Shown in pieces: positions 57,898 to 64,000 of a DNA stretch of 64,000 bases (within the stretch, counting starts at the first letter, position 1; every line of letters begins with the position of its first letter). A program made the position numbers and the translations under genes. A model generated the notes under the pieces. The model was not told the DNA's origin. It searched no databases and saw only the letters and a list, made by a program, of their open reading frames with translations. Source of the DNA: Thermoplasmatota archaeon (GTDB lineage Archaea > Thermoplasmatota > Penumbrarchaeia > Penumbrarchaeales > Penumbrarchaeaceae); assembly GCA_029762535.1 (NCBI GenBank), contig JARVGK010000003.1:73216-137215 (forward strand). The letters run 5' to 3'.

Positions 57898-59485
57898 GGA
57901 CGTAGGCCCTGGCCTGGGACAGGGTGAATATCGCGAACGATCCCCAGGCGTAGGCGTATCCCGAAAGCCTTATAGAGAGCGCATTGTACCTATTTTTTCC
58001 CTCGGTCAGGACCGCCCTTCTCGCGACCGAGCGGGCCAGTATCGTCACCGGGAATATGAGGAAACCGATCCCCGCGAGGTATAGGGACAGTATGGAGTCC
58101 CTGAACCTGTCTAGCCCGGTGACCTCTTTGGGGACCACGCTCATCCACTCTGTTCTTTCGGAGCGCTTCTTCGAGCCTTTGATCCTTCCCAGGCACCACT
58201 CGAGGGATCCGATGAAATGGTATCGTTCCCATAGAAGGAGCAGCAGATGCCAGGTGAACAACGCCGAAAACACCGCCGCGAAGCTCCAGAACATGCCCTC
58301 CTTCCCTGAGATGACGTTGACCCCTGGAAATAGGCTGATGAGGTTCAGAGGGAGAGCGTCCAGATACTGGAAGGTGTATATAGTGAGCGACGCCGCAGCG
58401 AACCTCCTGAACAGCTTGGTCCCGTCAGCGAAGTCCTCGGCGACACCCCTGTACTCCACGAGCCTAATGGTCATCATAAGGAACACCATCTGTCCCCCGG
58501 TCGTCAGAAGCAGCACGGGCAGCCATATCCTGAGCCTCATGACCATGTATGTGTTCTCGATGAGATTGTGGATCGAGTCCAGGCCGGTGATCCACATGAA
58601 GGCGATCCCCAGTACCCCCGCCGCGAACATGACCCCTCCTATCTTCATCCCCTTGTGTGGGAGGTATCTATAGGGCTCTTGTTCGGAGAGATGGATCCCG
58701 ATGACGGCACCTATGAAGGATATGAACATGAACGGGAACAGAGGCTCGGTCTGCCCTGCCAATGGGGAGAGGATGAAGAGCTTGAGGAGGGTGACGGCAT
58801 CCGTTCGCCCCGGCATGGGGTACTGGACCGCCAGTTCCGAGCCGGGATGGACGGCGAACGGATACCCGGGAATTACCCAGGATGCGAAACTCCATACAAG
58901 GGGGGTCAGGGCGATGACGGAGATAATCAGGACGATGTAGACGATGGTGTTCTTTCTTGTGCTCTCATGCCCTCCTCCCCTGTACAGGAAATACTGGATG
59001 ACGGAGTTGATTATCGCGCACCATGCGATGGTGTGAAGTGTCATGAAGTGGAATCCGCGGTAGATGAGCCTTGGAGAATGCAGTCGGACCGTGTCCATGA
59101 AACCGATCCCGGATGAGGGGTCGTAGTAGGCGAGCCTTCCCAGGAACCCGTGATGCCCGATGGCGGATTCCACCAGGAAAGCCAGGGCGAGAAGGGCGAA
59201 CCCGCCTATGAGCTGTCCGGCTATGACCTTCTCCAGCGCAACCCCTTTTCGTAACCTCTCCCTGATGGATATGGTGTGGGATATGGAGGAGACCATCAGG
59301 AACAGCCCTGCCATCCCGCCCATGTAGGCCAGGGACACGAGGACCATGACGTGGAGCAGGGACCTCTCCGACATTCCCTCTCCCCCGAACCAGCTGGAGT
59401 CGTAGACCCTGCCGAATATGTGCAGGGACACCATCCCCATGATGCACAGGCCGCGAACGAAATCGAGCGTCGCCATCCTTCTCAT
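57884..59485 (-). CDS. polytopic membrane protein, DUF1624/HGSNAT-like acyltransferase
   Basis: RMATLDFVRGLCIMGM N-terminus, GSLEW, many TMs. Confidence 0.65.
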   Translation of the reverse strand: MRRMATLDFVRGLCIMGMVSLHIFGRVYDSSWFGGEGMSERSLLHVMVLVSLAYMGGMAGLFLMVSSISHTISIRERLRKGVALEKVIAGQLIGGFALLALAFLVESAIGHHGFLGRLAYYDPSSGIGFMDTVRLHSPRLIYRGFHFMTLHTIAWCAIINSVIQYFLYRGGGHESTRKNTIVYIVLIISVIALTPLVWSFASWVIPGYPFAVHPGSELAVQYPMPGRTDAVTLLKLFILSPLAGQTEPLFPFMFISFIGAVIGIHLSEQEPYRYLPHKGMKIGGVMFAAGVLGIAFMWITGLDSIHNLIENTYMVMRLRIWLPVLLLTTGGQMVFLMMTIRLVEYRGVAEDFADGTKLFRRFAAASLTIYTFQYLDALPLNLISLFPGVNVISGKEGMFWSFAAVFSALFTWHLLLLLWERYHFIGSLEWCLGRIKGSKKRSERTEWMSVVPKEVTGLDRFRDSILSLYLAGIGFLIFPVTILARSVARRAVLTEGKNRYNALSIRLSGYAYAWGSFAIFTLSQARAYVPILP

Positions 59486-59544
59486 GCCGGGCCTCCGTAT
59501 GTCATCATTAAAAGTGTATGGAATTATAACTATTTATATTTTGT

Positions 59545-59568
59545 TTTCATACATAAATTATTATGAAA
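59545..59568. promoter_or_regulatory. inverted repeat between divergent genes, candidate PadR operator
   Basis: TTTCATA-N10-TATGAAA in an AT-rich spacer. Confidence 0.4.
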
Positions 59569-59627
59569 CAAGAAATTATTATATTTAGAGTGTAAGTTTT
59601 TTATATCCGCAAGTCCCTGATACGCCC

Positions 59628-60530
59628 ATGTCCGCTCCTCTGCCCCCGGCCCCGCTGATAGGCTGGTTCGAGATGGAGGTCCTCTACCTGCTCCTCGAGA
59701 AGGAGCGCTACGGCAACGAGATCCGCATGCTCCTGATGCGGCAGCCCGGAGAGGAGATCGTCTCCACCGGAAAGCTGTATCCCGTTCTGAAGAACCTGGA
59801 GAAGCATGGGTTCATCAGGAAGCTCCCGAAGAGGACCAAAGAGAGGATAAGCTCCGATGAGGGAATGACCTCGCGCCTGTTGACCAGGGGCGTGGACCGC
59901 GTCTATTTCGAGATCACCGACAGGGGAAAAAAGGAGCTGGATTCATCGGTTGCGTTCGCTACGGCGGTACTCTACAACCTCAAAATGGGTGAGGTCCTCG
60001 ACCGCCTGAAGGAGAGGGTTCGCTCGCTGACGAACGGTCTGGGCCAGGACGCAAGGATCGGCATCGCCGCCCTCAACACTCCAAGGGCCGTATCCGAGGC
60101 CAAGGAGCTGGCTTCAGGCATCGAGAGGGGGCAGGTCCTGTTCCTTCTCATGGGATCCGCACAGGAGGAGGCCCCTCCCATGCCCAATTCGTTCCCGGCC
60201 CGCTTCGACGACATACCTCTTCGGTCCAACTATCTCGACATCGTGATCTCCACGGTTCATCTCTCAGGAGCGCCCGAGAGCTTCCCGACCGAGCTGGTCC
60301 GGACCGTGAGGTCCAATGGAAAGGTTGTGTTTGCGGATATTTTAAAGACCCCCTCCTCCGTTCTATCTTCAATTCTCACCCTCCACGCCGAGCACGGTAT
60401 CAATGGGGAGTATCACGGACAGGACCCATCCGAGATCGAGAGGAGCCTCGGGGACAGGCTGACCGATGTCAAGGTAACTACCTTCTCCGAGATGTTCATG
60501 CTCGAGGGCGTCAAGCCCAAGAGGAAATGA
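59628..60530 (+). CDS. PadR-family regulator fused to a methyltransferase-like domain
   Basis: YGNEI, GKLYPVLKNLEKHGFI, YFEIT..G; C-terminal DIPLRSNYLDIVIS..ELVRTVRSNGKVVFAD. Confidence 0.75.
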   Translation: MSAPLPPAPLIGWFEMEVLYLLLEKERYGNEIRMLLMRQPGEEIVSTGKLYPVLKNLEKHGFIRKLPKRTKERISSDEGMTSRLLTRGVDRVYFEITDRGKKELDSSVAFATAVLYNLKMGEVLDRLKERVRSLTNGLGQDARIGIAALNTPRAVSEAKELASGIERGQVLFLLMGSAQEEAPPMPNSFPARFDDIPLRSNYLDIVISTVHLSGAPESFPTELVRTVRSNGKVVFADILKTPSSVLSSILTLHAEHGINGEYHGQDPSEIERSLGDRLTDVKVTTFSEMFMLEGVKPKRK

Positions 60531-60578
60531 GAACTGAAGGTATCGGATATTTATTAGCGGTCGGAGCATTCCCCCCCC

Positions 60579-61784
60579 ATGGCGTTGATGGATCCGGATA
60601 TCATCAGATCCCGTTTAGGGGGGTTCTCCCTTGGTGGATCGGAGGATCTATACGGGATCCCGGTCTTTACCGGGGAGTTCTGGACCTCGGAGCAGAGGAA
60701 GGCCTCCTCCTTACACGAGATCTCGTACAGGGCCTGCTTCAAAGCGCAGCTACCCCAGTTCTTCATAGACTTGCTCACCAAGGAGGGTCAGGTCGTTTAC
60801 GATCCGTTCTCGGGCAGGGGCACAACTCCGATCCAGGCAGCGCTGATGGGCAGGGATGTGATATCGAACGACGTCAACCCACTCAGTGAGATCCTTACAA
60901 GGCCCCGCCTCGAGGTCCCTGACATAGGCGATGTCCGCAAGGGGCTCGAAGGGATCGGGATCGGGTCCGGGAAGAAGGCCGACATCGACCTGTCCATGTT
61001 CTATCATCCGGACACGGAGTCCGAGATCGCATCTCTGAGGGAGTACATGCTCTTTAAGGATAGGCCTCTTAACGATGTCGATGCCTGGATCCGTATGGTG
61101 GCGACCAACAGGCTCACGGGGCATTCCCCCGGCTTCTTCTCGGTCTATACCCTGCCCCCGAACCAGGCCGTATCCCGGGAAAGACAGATGATCATAAACG
61201 AGAAGAGGGGGCAGTCACCGCCCTATCGCGATGTCCGGGCGCTGATATTGAAAAAAAGCCGAACGCTCCTGAAGAAACTGGATGTGGCGTCCGTTCAAAG
61301 ATTGAGGGGCGCATCTGAACGAGCGGTGTTTCTCACATGCGATGCCGCCAATACGCCCGATATTGAGGACGGATCGATCGATCTTATCGTCAGTTCGCCC
61401 CCTTTCCTCAACGTGGTCCAGTACGATGCGGACAACTGGCTCAGATGCTGGTTCAACGGGATCGATCCGGATCGTGTGGCGATCACCATTCCCGGATCGC
61501 TCGATAGATGGAAGCGGTTCATGGAGGAATGCTTCTCGGAGTTCTTCAGGGTCGTTCGCCCGGGAGGCTTCATTGCATTCGAGGTCGGGGAGATAGGCAA
61601 GGGGTCGATCCCCTTGGAGAAGGTGATAGCCCCGGTGGGGATCGATGCCGGGTTCGAGGCGGTCGCCATCGTCATCAACTCGCAGGAGTTCACAAAGACC
61701 TCGAACATCTGGGGGGTTGGGAATATGAGCAGGGGGACCAATACCAACAGGATAGTTCTGCTAAGAAAGCCTGAAGGGGCTTGA
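60579..61784 (+). CDS. site-specific amino-DNA methyltransferase (no adjacent endonuclease recognised)
   Basis: YDPFSGRGTT (motif I) before SPPF (motif IV). Confidence 0.85.
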   Translation: MALMDPDIIRSRLGGFSLGGSEDLYGIPVFTGEFWTSEQRKASSLHEISYRACFKAQLPQFFIDLLTKEGQVVYDPFSGRGTTPIQAALMGRDVISNDVNPLSEILTRPRLEVPDIGDVRKGLEGIGIGSGKKADIDLSMFYHPDTESEIASLREYMLFKDRPLNDVDAWIRMVATNRLTGHSPGFFSVYTLPPNQAVSRERQMIINEKRGQSPPYRDVRALILKKSRTLLKKLDVASVQRLRGASERAVFLTCDAANTPDIEDGSIDLIVSSPPFLNVVQYDADNWLRCWFNGIDPDRVAITIPGSLDRWKRFMEECFSEFFRVVRPGGFIAFEVGEIGKGSIPLEKVIAPVGIDAGFEAVAIVINSQEFTKTSNIWGVGNMSRGTNTNRIVLLRKPEGA

Positions 61785-62138
61785 TAAGGGAAAACCGTAA
61801 ATAATCACTCTGGAAAAAAGGTTATATGAAATTCATATATGAATGATTCAAGGAAGAAGATCATCAAAGAGATGTTCGAAAAGAAGGGGTGGGAAAAACC
61901 CTTTGATGAATAACTATAAATAGTGGTTATAAATATTTTATCGATAAATTTCTTATAGTCCTATTTTATATATAAATGATATTTTTAAAAATGCATGTTT
62001 TTAAAAAGGTATATATATGGGGTATCGAGATATCATTTTCCATGGAAAAGGACGTGACAAAAGGACCCAAAGCGGATCTCTTGATTTTGATGCAGTATCC
62101 CGTTCTGAATAAGTAAGAGAAGATATAAGTAGACAGAG

Positions 62139-63374
62139 GTGAATGACATGGAAAGGATAAGGAACAAAAAAGCAAGCAGCATAGCGATGGTATTGTTGGT
62201 GATCGCAGTAGGGGTTGTAGCATTGGTTTCAATACCCGAGATGGTATCCGCCAGCAATGATTGGTATGTGAACTCGGCAGGTGGAGCAGATTTCCTGACA
62301 ATAAATCAAGCTCTTATCTCACCACAGGTTCAGGATGGAGATACCATATATGTGTATTGTGGAAACGGATATTCCGAAAGTAATCAAATAACTAAATCCG
62401 TTAGTATTATCGGCATTACAAATAACGGGCAAAGGCCAATGATTACCCCTTCTAGTAATAGTCCCGTTTTTGATATTAAAAAGCAGGATGTCACCATTCG
62501 TAATCTCGAGATATGTGGTCTTAATTCTCAAAGTCAATCGGTACATGGTATCCGATCCGGTGTTTCTTCTACAGAAGTTAGTAATGTCGAGATCGATAAT
62601 TGCATAATATACAATTTCTCTAAAGGGAATGGAATATTCCTGAATAAACAACCTGGAGATTTTCCATACCCCACTTCCCATTATATTCATGATTGCATAA
62701 TATATGGGAATACTATTGGTATCCACATTAAATCCGACCCCAATATCCAAGGAGCGTTGACGAATCATGTTGTCAGTGATTGTATTATGGATAATAATCA
62801 CCTATCTGGTATTCAGAACGAAGGCGATAATAATGAATTCAATGACATTGAATCATATAATAGTAATAACTATGGTGTTTATTTCCTGGATTCTTCAGGA
62901 TGTAAACTGTATCAAACAGAAACCGGTTCAACAAATATTTATAATAACAAATATGGTATTTATATCGTAAATTGTGAAGGAATAGATATTACCGGTTATG
63001 GTAATGATTCGGAGAATGATCATCTAATGATAGAAGAAAATAACCTGTATGGCATATATGCTGTCTCAAGTGATGATATTCAATTATTATATGTGATCAT
63101 ACAGTCCAATTCCTTATTGGGTTTGAATTATGACTCCGTATTAAATAGCTATGTGGATTACTCCATAATAAAAGATAATGATATTTTCTTATATAATTCG
63201 GATTATAATATCTTTACTTATAATGACATATATGATTCTTCCGAAAAGATAGAAATAGGGTTGCATGGATCGGATCATAATTACTTTTATTATAATAACC
63301 TTGACAGAGAATCACCAAGTTGCTTTTTCAATATATTTAAATGGGGTATCCACTTAACTCCTAAACCAATCTAA
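62139..63374 (+). pseudogene. low-GC exported parallel beta-helix (NosD/CASH-like) protein, truncated by an IS end
   Basis: Signal peptide, DFLTINQAL cap, N..GI repeats; the last 10 codons run through the IS terminus. Confidence 0.7.
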
Positions 63375-63642
63375 TTATTAACCCTCAATCAATGAATGAT
63401 ACGGAGCCGGATCATGTGACGCAGCTAACTCAATCAATCTGTAAAACAGAAGACCTCTTGACTTTGACGTCCTTCTGTTAAACCTGAAAGTAAACTCATC
63501 CAAGTAATAATCGAGTTGTTCCTGACTGTAAGATCCATGATGTGTGCCAAGTAACCATCTCTTGACTAATGAGGCGATCAAATGGACACCAGGCATCGAT
63601 ACATGCGCAGGATTATTGGAAGATGAAATTATGGTTGGCCTT
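63343..63642 (-). mobile_element. IS1595-family element: right end plus C-terminal transposase fragment
   Basis: KRWLLGTHHG..QLDYYLDEFTFRFNRR (ISXO2-like); terminus GGGGTATCCACTTAACTCC at about 63343. Confidence 0.8.
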
Positions 63643-64000
63643 GGCGCTAAACTAAAAGGTACAAATATTGAATATAATTAATAAATATTAAGTGTGGGAA
63701 AAGCCATACGGATTTGCCATAACCTTGAGGTCGTCCGTATGACTCCCACAGAGACCATAATACCGAATGAAGTATACATGTTTTCCGGTCAAACGAACTT
63801 TGACACATGGAATTTAAAGGGAAGATTTCAATCTAAGGGGTGGTCTGTATATGACGAATGGCTTGTCGATGAAATCGTCCTTTGTATGCAAAAAATAAAA
63901 GATCTTGCTGATTCATTTCCCTTTTGGCAAAGAATTCGACTAACTGGCCGTCCAGGTATAGATGAAAGAGACCTATTGATCGGATTTTTATTAAAGCAAT
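63643..64000 (+). mobile_element. probable left end of a second IS; transposase-like ORF from 63739 running off the window
   Basis: IS1595 fragment breaks at GGCGCTAAAC; open frame MTPTE...WSVYDEWLVDE...TGRPGIDERDLLIGFLLKQ resembles transposase N-termini. Confidence 0.5.

Noticed and set aside
60579-61784. Complete restriction-modification system
   Set aside because: No adjacent endonuclease gene is recognisable.
1-61784. Apparent GATC/CGATCG abundance as a dispersed repeat signal
   Set aside because: It may simply reflect ATC/GAT codon preference; it cannot be supported without a codon-aware k-mer count.

Overview
This is a gene-dense archaeal chromosome segment. TFB, pantoate kinase plus coaBC, TATA-box promoters and GGAGGTGA-type SD sites mark it as archaeal. 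Large single-TM surface proteins, an ABC-F and a PlsC suggest Thermoplasmatota (inference). Most genes are housekeeping or transport: OPT transporter, CoA synthesis, pdhABC, pyrD/pyrK, M32 peptidase, SLC12-like and MATE transporters. The stand-outs are: (1) a bacterial-type OleA/B/C/D olefin or beta-lactone cluster (10.4-15.9 kb), whose condensing enzyme appears to be an active + catalytically dead FabH/OleA pair; (2) next to it, a tRNA-Leu(CAG) gene preceded by two tandem 161-bp structured units, each duplicating the tRNA's first 24 nt and carrying an internal antisense copy of the insertion site; (3) two paralogous candidate small RNAs with anti-SD-like loops and equally spaced promoter motifs flanking a C39-like peptidase gene; (4) a CysRS paralog with altered Zn ligands and no anticodon domain, coupled to a MATE exporter; (5) an AbiEi/AbiEii pair and a low-GC right end with nested IS elements interrupting a beta-helix protein. 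All calls come from motif reading only; no searches were run.
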